Origin: Actinomycetales bacterium
Lineage (GTDB): Bacteria > Actinomycetota > Actinomycetes > Actinomycetales > Cellulomonadaceae
Assembly: GCA_012514835.1 (NCBI GenBank)
Contig: JAAYZM010000297.1
Location: 1 to 25,350 of the forward strand
DNA: 25,350 bases
Direction: 5' to 3'
Under the pieces are notes generated by a model. That model had not been told where the DNA came from. It saw only the letters and a program-made list of their open reading frames with translations, and did no database searches. The translations under genes and the position numbers were made by a program. Positions 1 through 8,403 of this stretch are shown one piece after another (within the stretch, counting starts at the first letter, position 1; each line of letters begins with the position of its first letter).

Positions 1-2
1 TA

Positions 3-2390
3 CGACGCCGGGCGCTCGCTCGCGCGGCGCGCGAGGAGCACGCGCGCCCCGTCCTCGCCCCGGGGCGTCCCGGCTCGATCACCGCCCCACCGGCTCGCTC
101 CGCCGCGCTGCCCGGACCGTCTGCCGCGGGACCGAGCTCAGCGTCAAGCCTCGCCCCGACCCCCGCGAGCGGCCCGCAGCTCCCCGTGCGGCACGACGCC
201 CCTGCCCCGGGCGCGGCGACCGAGCAGCGGCCGGTCACGGACGACGCGACGCCGCACGCTCGGGTACCCGGTTCGGCGTCGGCGGTCGCAGGGCCCAGGG
301 GCGCCGACGCGCGGCGCCTCGTCGGACCGGCGACCGGGACTTCCCCCGGAGCCGGCGTCGCGGCGCCCGCTGCCCCGGGCGCAAGCGCGCGGGCGGCCGT
401 CGCGTCGCCCGCGCCCCTGCCGGCCCCGGCGGGTGCGGTCCTCGACCCGGCCGCACCATCTCCAGATTCAGATGCGCGTGCGGCCACCCCGGGCGACCTC
501 GGCCGGAGCACGTCTGCGACCTCACGTCTCGCCCGGCCCGGCGCGACCGTTCGCCCGCTCGCGGGGCCCGTGCGGCGCACGACCGGTGCGCGCTCGGCGC
601 CCGCGGTGCTGAGCGGCGCGGACGGTCTGCGACGTTCTGCTCGCGCGGGCTCGGACGTCGCCGCCGAGGATGTCGCACCGACCGCGGCGCCCGTGGCACT
701 CCCCACGGTGCGGCCGGGCGACGCGCACGCCACCGCGAGCAGCGCGCACGCCACCGCGAGCAGCGCCCGAGCACCGAGCGCGGCGTCGAGCGTGCCCGGC
801 TCCGCAGGGTCCCCGGTGCCGCCCGCCGCGGGCGCGCCGCGCGACGGGGCGCGTGTGCCAGGCGCGAGCGCCGCACGGACCAGCCCGGCGGCGACGCCGC
901 ACGCCGACGCCGAGCGCACGGGAACGGGGACGGGACAGCTCCCAGGCACGAGCCAGCCCGCGGGCGGACCGGCCCCGGCGGTGCGACGAGCCTCCGCGGC
1001 CCGGTCCACCGGGAGCACGACCCCGACCGCTGTGACCGAACCGCTGCACCCTCGCGACGCGAGCGGTCCGGCCGTGCGGTCGAACCCGTCCGAGTCCTTC
1101 GCCACGCGGTCGCCCGTCGGGGGCCCGGCGCGCGGCGCGGCGCTCCCGCCGTGGCGCTCCCACCGGCTCCCCGGCACGGGGCACCGGCGGCCCGTCGCGG
1201 TGCGCCGCAGCACGACGCGCCCCCTCACGGGCGACACGCCGGGCCTGCGCCGGCTCACCGCCGCAGTCCCGCACGCGCTCGCTGGTCCGCGCTCGACGAG
1301 CCCGCACCCTGGCGCGACCCCGGTACGACCCGGCCGCGCCCCCCTCGACTCCTCCCCGCGCGCACCCGAGCGTGCCGAGCACTCCCAGGGGCGGACCCCC
1401 ACGCCGGTGCGTCCCGCCGCGACGGCGCCCGCGAGCCCTGCCCACCCGCACGACGCGCCTGCTCTCGACCCCCGTTGGACCGGCCCCGTCTCGACCGTGC
1501 GTCGCACGCCGCTCCGCGGCACGCCCGCGCCCGGGCCGACCATGCACCGCGAGGCAGCCATGATCCCGAGCTCGTCCCCCGGGGCCGTGCTCACCGAGAC
1601 GGCGCACGGAGCCGTCGGGACGGCGCTGCGCGCACTCGCCCCCACGACCGTCGCCCCCGCGGTCCCCGTGCTCCCCGCCCGACCCGGGGCGCCCCAGGTC
1701 CCGAGCGGCCCTGTCGTGCGCCGCTGGGACTCGCACCGCGCGACACCCGGCGTGCCCGCGCACCCGGGGCTGCTCGGCGCGGCGCGGAGCGGTCCGCCCG
1801 CGGGCGGACCGTCCCACGCGGGGGCACCCGCTCGCCCGGCGGCCCCGCGCGTGCCCGCCGCTCGAACCATGATCGGCGCGCACCGCGCACCGACAGGCTT
1901 GCCCGGGGTCGGCGCGCTGCCCCCGGCGCCCCCGCTCGTCGCGGTCGGCTCACCGGCGACCGGGCACCCCGGACGGACACCTGGCGCACCGACCGCGGGC
2001 GTGCCGGCCACCGCGCTCGCGGGCGCACCCACGGGTTCCGGACCCGGCGCTCCCCCGCCCGGGGCGCCCCGGGTCGCGAACCTCGGCCCCGCGGGCGGCG
2101 CAGCGCCCCCCGCCGCCGGGGCGACGTCCTTCCCCCCTCCCCCGTGGGCCGCGCCGTCGTCGGCCCCCCGCACCCCAGGAGCCGACGTGCGACCCCACCT
2201 GTGGACCGGTCAGGCCGAGCAGGCCGCCGACCCCGACGTCATCGCGAGCGAGGTCGAGCACCGCGTCGTCGCGCGGCTCGAGGAGTGGATCGCGACCGAC
2301 CTCGACGAGCGCGTCCTCGAGCTCGTCGAGCGCCGTGTCGCCGAGGAGACCGAGAGGCGCGCGTGGCGCCTCGGTACGGAGGTGTTCTGA
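3..2390 (+). CDS. 5'-truncated Pro/Ala/Arg-rich low-complexity ('extensin-like') CIS-associated protein with a charged helical C-terminus
   Basis: I read the frame of the 186..2390 ORF back to base 3 and found no stop, so the true start is probably upstream of the window (the track uses GTG186). The only ordered-looking part is the C-terminal ~55 aa (DPDVIASEVEHRVVARLEEWIATDLDERVLELVERRVAEETERRAWRLGTEVF). Its TGA overlaps the next ATG (TGATG at 2388-2392), which supports a real gene. Confidence 0.7.
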   Translation, partial: RRRALARAAREEHARPVLAPGRPGSITAPPARSAALPGPSAAGPSSASSLAPTPASGPQLPVRHDAPAPGAATEQRPVTDDATPHARVPGSASAVAGPRGADARRLVGPATGTSPGAGVAAPAAPGASARAAVASPAPLPAPAGAVLDPAAPSPDSDARAATPGDLGRSTSATSRLARPGATVRPLAGPVRRTTGARSAPAVLSGADGLRRSARAGSDVAAEDVAPTAAPVALPTVRPGDAHATASSAHATASSARAPSAASSVPGSAGSPVPPAAGAPRDGARVPGASAARTSPAATPHADAERTGTGTGQLPGTSQPAGGPAPAVRRASAARSTGSTTPTAVTEPLHPRDASGPAVRSNPSESFATRSPVGGPARGAALPPWRSHRLPGTGHRRPVAVRRSTTRPLTGDTPGLRRLTAAVPHALAGPRSTSPHPGATPVRPGRAPLDSSPRAPERAEHSQGRTPTPVRPAATAPASPAHPHDAPALDPRWTGPVSTVRRTPLRGTPAPGPTMHREAAMIPSSSPGAVLTETAHGAVGTALRALAPTTVAPAVPVLPARPGAPQVPSGPVVRRWDSHRATPGVPAHPGLLGAARSGPPAGGPSHAGAPARPAAPRVPAARTMIGAHRAPTGLPGVGALPPAPPLVAVGSPATGHPGRTPGAPTAGVPATALAGAPTGSGPGAPPPGAPRVANLGPAGGAAPPAAGATSFPPPPWAAPSSAPRTPGADVRPHLWTGQAEQAADPDVIASEVEHRVVARLEEWIATDLDERVLELVERRVAEETERRAWRLGTEVF
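723..764 (+). repeat. Exact in-frame 21-bp tandem duplication (GCGCACGCCACCGCGAGCAGC x2; AHATASS x2)
   Basis: Read directly: 723-743 and 744-764 are identical. Confidence 0.9.
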
Positions 2391-3067
2391 TGGCTCCCGA
2401 GGCTGGCGCGCCGTCGTCGTCCGCGAAGGCCTTCCTCGAGGTCGAGGGCGGCGAGCGGCTCCCGTGCCTGTTCAACCCTGCCCAGCTCCAGGTGACCCGC
2501 TCGAACCGCTGGGAGGGAGCGACCCGTCCCGGGCGCGGCGTGCCCCGCCTGCGCTACGCGGGTGCCGAGGGCGGAACGATGGCGGTCGACCTGTTCTTCG
2601 ACACGACCCACGACGGCAGCGCCGTGACGCGGTACACGGGCAAGATCCACGAGCTCATGGAGATCGACACCTCGCTGCCCGGCTCGGACGAGCGCACGGG
2701 CAACGTGCGCCCACCCACCGTGACCTTCCACTGGGGCGACCTGCACTCCTTCAAGGCGGTCGTCGCGCACATGAGCACGACGTTCACGTACTTCTCCTCG
2801 ACCGGGACGCCGCTGCGCGCCACCGTCTCGCTCGTGCTGCGCCAGTACGAGGCCTCGCACGCCTTCGGGCCCCAGAACCCGACCTCGGGCACCCCCGAGC
2901 CGCACCGCGTCCACCGCGTCCAGTCGGGCGAGACGCTCGACCGCATCGCGGCGCGCTACTACGGCGACTCGACCCGGTGGCGCACGCTCGCGACCGCGAA
3001 CCAGATCCCCGACCCGCTCGCGCTGCGGCCCGGGTCGCTCATCTCGATCCCCCGGGTGGACACATGA
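2390..3067 (+). CDS. CIS tube-initiator-type protein with C-terminal LysM domain (Afp7/Pvc7-like), 225 aa
   Basis: C-terminal part of the 1151..3067 ORF, starting MAPEAGAP at ATG2390 (overlaps the upstream stop). It has the CIS-tube-like N-terminus (LPCLFNPAQL...VDLFFDT...PPTVTFHWG...F...GTPLRATVSLVLRQY) and a LysM motif (HRVQSGETLDRIAARYYGDSTRWRTLATANQIPDPLALRPGSLISIP). Confidence 0.9.
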   Translation: MAPEAGAPSSSAKAFLEVEGGERLPCLFNPAQLQVTRSNRWEGATRPGRGVPRLRYAGAEGGTMAVDLFFDTTHDGSAVTRYTGKIHELMEIDTSLPGSDERTGNVRPPTVTFHWGDLHSFKAVVAHMSTTFTYFSSTGTPLRATVSLVLRQYEASHAFGPQNPTSGTPEPHRVHRVQSGETLDRIAARYYGDSTRWRTLATANQIPDPLALRPGSLISIPRVDT

Positions 3068-4803
3068 GCCCGGGCGAGGTGGGGCTGCGGCGCACCAACG
3101 CGTCGATCTCGGTCGACGGCACGCCGCTGCCTGCGCGGGTGTTCGACGACCTGCTCGAGATGCGCGTCGCGCGTGGGACCAGGACGATCGGCCGGGCGAG
3201 CCTCGTGCTCGCCGACCGCACCTTCTCGCTCGCCGAGAACCACCTGCAGATCGGCAGCGAGGTCAAGATCTCGGCCCTCGAGCCCGCGGTCGAGATCTTC
3301 GCAGGGGTCGTCACGAGCCTCGCGACCGACATCGACCGGGACGGACCGCGTGTGCTCGTCACGGCGCACGACAAGTCCCACGTCATGGCACGTACCCGCA
3401 CGACGAAGACCTACGCCCAGCTCAGCGCGAAGGACATCGTCGAGCAGCTCGCGGGCGAGCACCGTCTGCGGGCCGAGGTCACGGACTTGAGGGCGGGAAA
3501 GGTCAAGGAGACCTGGTTCTGGCGGGCCGATTCGGCCCTCGGCCTGCTCGACGAGCTGTGCGACCGCCTCGGCTGGGAATGGGTCGTCGCGGGCTCGACG
3601 CTGCGCGTCGTCGACGTCTCACGGCTCGAGGTCCCCGAGCCGACGTGCACCCTGCCGTACGGTGACGTGCTGCTGCGCTTCTCGGCCGAGCAGAACCGCC
3701 CCGTCACGACCGAGGTCACGGTGCGCGGCTGGGACCCCGCCTCGAAGCGGTCGTTCACCTCGACGAGCACGACGCCGGACGAGGACAAGGGCTTCGTCGC
3801 GCCGGGCACGAGCCACGTCGCGACGACGGTCGTGACGCGGCGCGGTGCACGCACGAAGGCCGAGGCGGACGAGCTCGCGGCCGCGCTCGCGGCCCAGGCG
3901 GCCACCGTGACGGCGCGCGGACGGGCGCACTTCAGCCCGCAGATCGAGCCCGGCAAGGCGGTCAAGGTCACCGGGACCGGCCCCGGGGACGGCACGTACT
4001 ACGTGCGCGAGGTCGAGCACGTGCTCGACGGCGGCCCGTTGCGCACGAGCTTCGTCGCGGGTTTCCGGCCCCCCGCCCTCGTGACCGACCCGTGGTCGGG
4101 GCGGGGCACCCGAGGCTCGGTGCTCGCGAACGGGATCCACACGGGTGTCGTCACGGGCGTCGAGGACCCCGAGCAGCTCGGCCGCGTCCAGGTCAAGCTC
4201 TCCTCGGTCGACGACGAGATGAGCCTCGCGTGGGCACGTGTGCTCGCCCCGGGAGGAGGGCAAGGACGGGGCATCCAGTGGACCCCCGAGGTCCAGGACG
4301 AGGTGCTCGTCGGGTTCGAGGACGGCGACGCGCGCCGGCCCGTCGTGCTCGGCGGGCTCTTCAACGAGATCGACCTGCCCCCGGTGCGCAACCACGAGGG
4401 CTCGGTCAAGACCCGCACGCTCGTCTCGGCCGTCGGGAACAAGATCGAGATCGGGGACGGGGCCGACGCCGAGTACATCGACCTCGTCCTGCACGACGGC
4501 ACGGTGCGGCTGCACCTCGGCGCCGACCGCGTCGACCTCGAGGCGAAGGACAAGCCCGTGCGGATCTCCTCGGGCAAGGCCGAGATCGTGCTCGCGAAGG
4601 ACGGCACGATCACGATCAAGGGCTCGACGATCAAGATCGAGGCGGACCAGGAGGTCGCCGTGCAGGGCGCGAACGTCAAGGGCACAGCCTCGGCGGGCCT
4701 CACGCTCGACGGGGCGACCACGACCGTCAAGGCCAAGAGCTCGCTCAAGCTGCAGTCGACCGGGGTCGCCGAGCTCGCCGGATCGATGGTGAAGATCAAC
4801 TGA
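3064..4803 (+). CDS. vgrG: VgrG-like spike/hub protein (gp27-like late-control-D region + gp5 OB-fold + short beta-helix), 579 aa
   Basis: Starts MSPGEVGL at ATG3064 (ATGA overlap). Motifs: VTVRGWDP, GTYYVREVEH, GVVTGVEDPEQLGRVQVKL, WARVLAPGGG...PEVQDEVLVGFEDGDARRPVVLGGLFN, and a beta-repeat tail ending GSMVKIN. Confidence 0.92.
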   Translation: MSPGEVGLRRTNASISVDGTPLPARVFDDLLEMRVARGTRTIGRASLVLADRTFSLAENHLQIGSEVKISALEPAVEIFAGVVTSLATDIDRDGPRVLVTAHDKSHVMARTRTTKTYAQLSAKDIVEQLAGEHRLRAEVTDLRAGKVKETWFWRADSALGLLDELCDRLGWEWVVAGSTLRVVDVSRLEVPEPTCTLPYGDVLLRFSAEQNRPVTTEVTVRGWDPASKRSFTSTSTTPDEDKGFVAPGTSHVATTVVTRRGARTKAEADELAAALAAQAATVTARGRAHFSPQIEPGKAVKVTGTGPGDGTYYVREVEHVLDGGPLRTSFVAGFRPPALVTDPWSGRGTRGSVLANGIHTGVVTGVEDPEQLGRVQVKLSSVDDEMSLAWARVLAPGGGQGRGIQWTPEVQDEVLVGFEDGDARRPVVLGGLFNEIDLPPVRNHEGSVKTRTLVSAVGNKIEIGDGADAEYIDLVLHDGTVRLHLGADRVDLEAKDKPVRISSGKAEIVLAKDGTITIKGSTIKIEADQEVAVQGANVKGTASAGLTLDGATTTVKAKSSLKLQSTGVAELAGSMVKIN

Positions 4804-5228
4804 TGAGCATCCAGCCCACCGACCCGCACGCCGTGCCGACGGACTTCGTCGGCCGCGGCTTCGCGTGGCCCTTCGGCGTCGACCACACGGGCGCGCTGCG
4901 CATGACGAACGGTTCGGACCTCGCCGACTCGATCACGGTCGTGCTCATGACGGCGCCCGGCGAACGGCTCATGCGCCCTCAGTTCGGGTGCCGCATCTGG
5001 GACCTGCTGTTCGAACCCGTGACCGCGAACCTCGTGGGCCTCGTCCGCGAGGCCGTGCGGGACGCCCTCGCGCAGTGGGAGCCGCGCATCGAGGTCGAGG
5101 ACGTGCGCCCCGTGCCCGACGACGACCCTGGCCTCGTGCGCATCGAGATCGACTACCGCGTGCGGGCCACGAACGACCGCCGCAACCTCGTCTACCCGTT
5201 CTACGTCATCCCGCGTGAGGAAGCCTGA
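4803..5228 (+). CDS. GPW/gp25-family baseplate wedge protein (Afp9-like), 141 aa
   Basis: Starts MSIQPTD at ATG4803 (TGATG overlap). Motifs FVGRGFAWPF, LMTAPGERLMRPQFGC, ALAQWEPRIEV, IDYRVRATNDRRNLVYPFY. Confidence 0.93.
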   Translation: MSIQPTDPHAVPTDFVGRGFAWPFGVDHTGALRMTNGSDLADSITVVLMTAPGERLMRPQFGCRIWDLLFEPVTANLVGLVREAVRDALAQWEPRIEVEDVRPVPDDDPGLVRIEIDYRVRATNDRRNLVYPFYVIPREEA

Positions 5229-7171
5229 TGCCGCTCGACCCGCCGCACCTCGACGACCGCCGCTTCCAGGACATCGTCGACGAGGCCAAGCGCCTGATCC
5301 CCCGCTTCACCCCGGAGTGGACGAACCACAACGTCTCCGACCCCGGGGTCGCGCTCATCGAGCTGTTCGCGTGGATGAGCGAGATGGTCCTGTACCGGGT
5401 CAACCAGGTGCCCGACCGCCTCTACGTGCACTTCCTCAACCTCGTGGGGATCGACCTGTTCCCGCCGTCGGTCGCGCGCACCGAGCTCGTGTTCCGGCTC
5501 ACCGCCCCGACGGGCGAGGTCGTGCGCATCCCCGCGGGGACGCAGGTCGCGACGGCCGACGACGACGACCCGGTCGTCTTCGCGACCTCGCACGACGCTC
5601 TCGCCCGGCCCGCCGCGCTCGTCGCGGCGCTGACCCGCTCGGCCGCGACCGGGGCGACGCGTGACGTGTGGGAGGACCTCACGCTCCCCCAGGGCGCGGT
5701 CGTGTGCTTCCCGTCCGAGCCGCTCGTCGAGGGGGACGCGTTCTACCTCGGCCTCGCGTCCCCGCTCGCCCACCAGGTGCTCGAGCTCGAGATCGACGCG
5801 CATGCCGAGGGGATCGGGGTCGACCCGCTCGACCCGCCGCTCGTGTGGGAGGTGTGGACGGGTGAGGCCTGGACGCCGTGCATCGTCGAGCAGGACACGA
5901 CGGGCGGGCTCAACCAGGACGGCTCGGTCGTCATGCTCGTGGGCCCCGAGGCCGCTCCGCTCGTGCTCGGCGGGACGTCGGCGCACTGGCTGCGGGCCCG
6001 CATGCTGCGCCCGACGACGCACCGTGCTGGCTACCAGGCCTCGCCGCAGGTCTCGGCCGTCGTGGCCCGCACGGTCGGGGTGAGCGCCCCGGCCGAGCAC
6101 TCCGAGGTGGTCCCCGGGACGCTCCTCGGACGATCGACGGGCATCCCCTCGCAGACCTTCGACCTCCCGCGCGGGCCGGTCGCGGCGCGCCGTCCCGGCG
6201 AGCACGTGCTCGTGACCGACCACACCGGGACGCACGTGTGGGACGAGGTCTCCGACTTCTCTTCCTCAGGACCGCGCGACCGGCACGTCGTGTGGGACTC
6301 GGGTGCGGCTCGGGTGACCTTCGGCCCTGCGGTGCGGCACCCCGACGGCACGGTCCGCCAGCACGGGGCGATCCCGGGCGACGGCGCCGAGGTGCGCGTG
6401 ACCGCCTACCGCACGGGCGGGGGCGCACGCGGCAACGTCGGGGCGCGCACCCTCACCGCGCTGCGCAGCGCGCTCCCGTACGTCGCGAGCGTGACGAACC
6501 CGCGGGCCGCGACGGGCGGCGTCGACGCCGAGACGGTCGACGAGGCGCGCCTGCGTGGCCCGCTCGCGCTGCGCACGGGCCAGCGAGCCGTGACCGCGAC
6601 CGACTTCGAGATGCTTGCGCGCCAGGCGTCGATCGAGGTCGCCCGCGCACGTTGCCTCCCTGCGGCCCGCACGGGCTCGCACGCGGTGCGGCTGCTCGTC
6701 GTGCCGCAGGTGCGCACCTCTGCCCTGACGCACGAGATCGACGACTTCGCACTCTCGACCGAGCTGTTCGACACGGTCGCCGAGGCGATCGAGTCGCGGC
6801 GCGCGGTCGGCGTCGCGGTCGAGCTCGGCACACCGTACTACCAGGGCGTGAGCGTCGCGGCGCTCGTGCGGACCCTCCCGGGCCGGCCCGCGGACGCGAT
6901 CCGCCAGCGCATCGGCGAGGCGCTCACCGAGCTCGTCCACCCGCTCGTGGGTGGCCCGGACGGCTCGGGCTGGCCCTTCGGTCAGGCGCTCACGGTCGGC
7001 GCCGTCTCGCAGGTCGTCGAGGGGGTCGACGGCGTGCTCGCGGTCGACGAGGTCCAGCTCTTCGAGTACGACCTGCGCAACCGCAAGCGGGTCGGTGAGG
7101 GGCGGGAGTCGATCACGCTCGGGGAGAACGCGTTGTTCCTCGCGGCCGAGCACCGGGTCGTGGTCCGATGA
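5228..7171 (+). CDS. Putative baseplate assembly protein (baseplate J / Afp11-like), 647 aa
   Basis: N-terminal LDDRRFQDIVDEAKRLIP..PEWTNHNVSDPGVALIELFAW, YRTGGGARGNV, ATGGVDAET, RAVTATDFE and C-terminal GWPFG motifs. Directly follows gp25. Confidence 0.93.
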   Translation: MPLDPPHLDDRRFQDIVDEAKRLIPRFTPEWTNHNVSDPGVALIELFAWMSEMVLYRVNQVPDRLYVHFLNLVGIDLFPPSVARTELVFRLTAPTGEVVRIPAGTQVATADDDDPVVFATSHDALARPAALVAALTRSAATGATRDVWEDLTLPQGAVVCFPSEPLVEGDAFYLGLASPLAHQVLELEIDAHAEGIGVDPLDPPLVWEVWTGEAWTPCIVEQDTTGGLNQDGSVVMLVGPEAAPLVLGGTSAHWLRARMLRPTTHRAGYQASPQVSAVVARTVGVSAPAEHSEVVPGTLLGRSTGIPSQTFDLPRGPVAARRPGEHVLVTDHTGTHVWDEVSDFSSSGPRDRHVVWDSGAARVTFGPAVRHPDGTVRQHGAIPGDGAEVRVTAYRTGGGARGNVGARTLTALRSALPYVASVTNPRAATGGVDAETVDEARLRGPLALRTGQRAVTATDFEMLARQASIEVARARCLPAARTGSHAVRLLVVPQVRTSALTHEIDDFALSTELFDTVAEAIESRRAVGVAVELGTPYYQGVSVAALVRTLPGRPADAIRQRIGEALTELVHPLVGGPDGSGWPFGQALTVGAVSQVVEGVDGVLAVDEVQLFEYDLRNRKRVGEGRESITLGENALFLAAEHRVVVR

Positions 7172-7716
7172 CGCGCACCGACGACTGGCTCCTCGCCCAG
7201 CTGCCCGCGGCGCTCGCCGCCGAGGACTTCTTCGCGCGGTTCGTGCGGATCTTCCAGGCACAGGGCTCGACCCTGCTCGCGCACGCGGACAACCTTCCCC
7301 ACCTTGCCGACCCGGGGGTCGCCCCGGTCGAGCTCGTGCGATGGATGACGCGCTGGCTCGGCAGCCCGGGCCTCGACCCGAGCTATCCCGAGGACATGCA
7401 CCGCGCGATGCTGCGCACCGCGGCCGCGACGCTCCAGTGGCGCGGCACGAGGCGCGGCCTCGTGACGCTGCTCGACCTCGTCACGGGCGGGCAGGTGCGG
7501 GTGAGCGAGAGCGGTGGCGTATGGCCCCAGGACGAGGCGCCCGACGGTCCGCCGTGGGTGCGCGTCGAGGTCGACGACGCGGGCCGGGTCGGTGTCCCGG
7601 ACCTCGTCGACCTCGTGCTCGACGAGGTTCCCGCGCACGTGCGGGCTGAGATCGTCGTGGGTGGGCGGGTCGTGTGGCCCGCGGTCGCCGCGACGGCGGA
7701 AGGTGCGAGGCGATGA
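7168..7716 (+). CDS. Phage tail protein (P2 gpI-like / Afp12-like baseplate component), 182 aa
   Basis: FFARFVRIF..., LADPGVAPVELVRWMTRWLG, LQWRGTRRGL and EVPAHV motifs. ATGA overlap with baseplate J. Confidence 0.85.
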   Translation: MTRTDDWLLAQLPAALAAEDFFARFVRIFQAQGSTLLAHADNLPHLADPGVAPVELVRWMTRWLGSPGLDPSYPEDMHRAMLRTAAATLQWRGTRRGLVTLLDLVTGGQVRVSESGGVWPQDEAPDGPPWVRVEVDDAGRVGVPDLVDLVLDEVPAHVRAEIVVGGRVVWPAVAATAEGARR

Positions 7717-8309
7717 GTGACGTGAACGTCCCGACCCGGGTCCCGACGGGTGTCGCGACGAGCCCCGGCAGCAGCATGGTCGTCGGCGCTGCCCCGCTCG
7801 AGGGCGCGGCCGAGCCGGCGGCGGGCGTCGCCGCGGTGCAGTCCGCGGGTGCCGGGCCGCTCGTCGAGGTCACGTGCCCGGGCTGCGGCGCGCTCGCGCA
7901 CGTGCGCGCGGACCGGCGCAGCGCGGCCGACTTCTGCGCGACGTGCGACCACCCCCTGTTCTGGGCGGGCGTGCGTTCGGCGCCCGAGGGCGTCGCGGAC
8001 GACGCCTCGCTCGACGCGCGGTACCGCGCCCCAGGCGTGGTCGGCACCGCGCAGCACTCCCCGCTCGCGTGCCCGCGCTGCGGCGAGCACAACCACGCGA
8101 CGTGGGGCGCGTGCGTGCGATGCGGCGCCGAGCTCGACCCGCCACCGCCGCCGCCCCCCGTCCCGCCCGCGCCCGCACCCGCGCCGCCGCAGGTGGTCAC
8201 GGTCGAGCGTCCCGTGCCGTGCGGGCACCCGCCCGTGTGGCTCGTCGTGCTGATCTCCTCGATCATCTCCGCGGCCGTCGTCGCGGGGATCTTCCTCGCC
8301 GTGGGCTGA
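7713..8309 (+). CDS. Double zinc-ribbon protein with poly-Pro linker and C-terminal transmembrane helix, 198 aa
   Basis: Start MSDVNVP at ATG7713 (ATGA overlap with the previous stop). Four CxxC pairs (CPGC, CATC, CPRC, CVRC), PPPPPPPVPPAPAPAPP, then a hydrophobic VWLVVLISSIISAAVVAGIFLAVG running up to the stop. Confidence 0.85.
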   Translation: MSDVNVPTRVPTGVATSPGSSMVVGAAPLEGAAEPAAGVAAVQSAGAGPLVEVTCPGCGALAHVRADRRSAADFCATCDHPLFWAGVRSAPEGVADDASLDARYRAPGVVGTAQHSPLACPRCGEHNHATWGACVRCGAELDPPPPPPPVPPAPAPAPPQVVTVERPVPCGHPPVWLVVLISSIISAAVVAGIFLAVG

Positions 8310-8359
8310 GCGGCACCTGAGCGGTCCTTGTCCAGGGACCGTGCCATGCCTCGCCACGA

Positions 8360-8400
8360 CCGGGCGGGCCCTCACGCTCCTCGCGCCCGGGCCCGCCCGG
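8360..8400. terminator. Perfect 12-bp inverted repeat between convergent operons; candidate bidirectional terminator
   Basis: CCGGGCGGGCCC (8360-8371), a 17-nt loop, then GGGCCCGCCCGG (8389-8400), lying between stops at 8309 (+) and 8404 (-). No U-tract. A weaker hairpin (CGGTCCTTG..CAGGGACCG) lies at 8322-8341. Confidence 0.6.
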
Positions 8401-8403
8401 GTG

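Noticed and set aside
1151-2389. N-terminal extensions of track ORFs 1151..3067, 2335..4803, 4092..5228, 7674..8309, 19956..21926, and - strand starts at 14589 and 19313
   Set aside because: The extensions overlap neighbouring genes and read as off-frame sequence. Internal starts at stop/start overlaps or with an RBS (2390, 3064, 4803, 7713, 20001, 14478, 19244) fit better.
2390-7716. Prophage or T6SS interpretation of the tail/baseplate genes
   Set aside because: No capsid, portal, terminase, integrase or lysis genes, and no TssJLM/TssK/ClpV-type genes are visible. DUF4255, an Afp15-like ATPase and DUF4157 point to the eCIS class.
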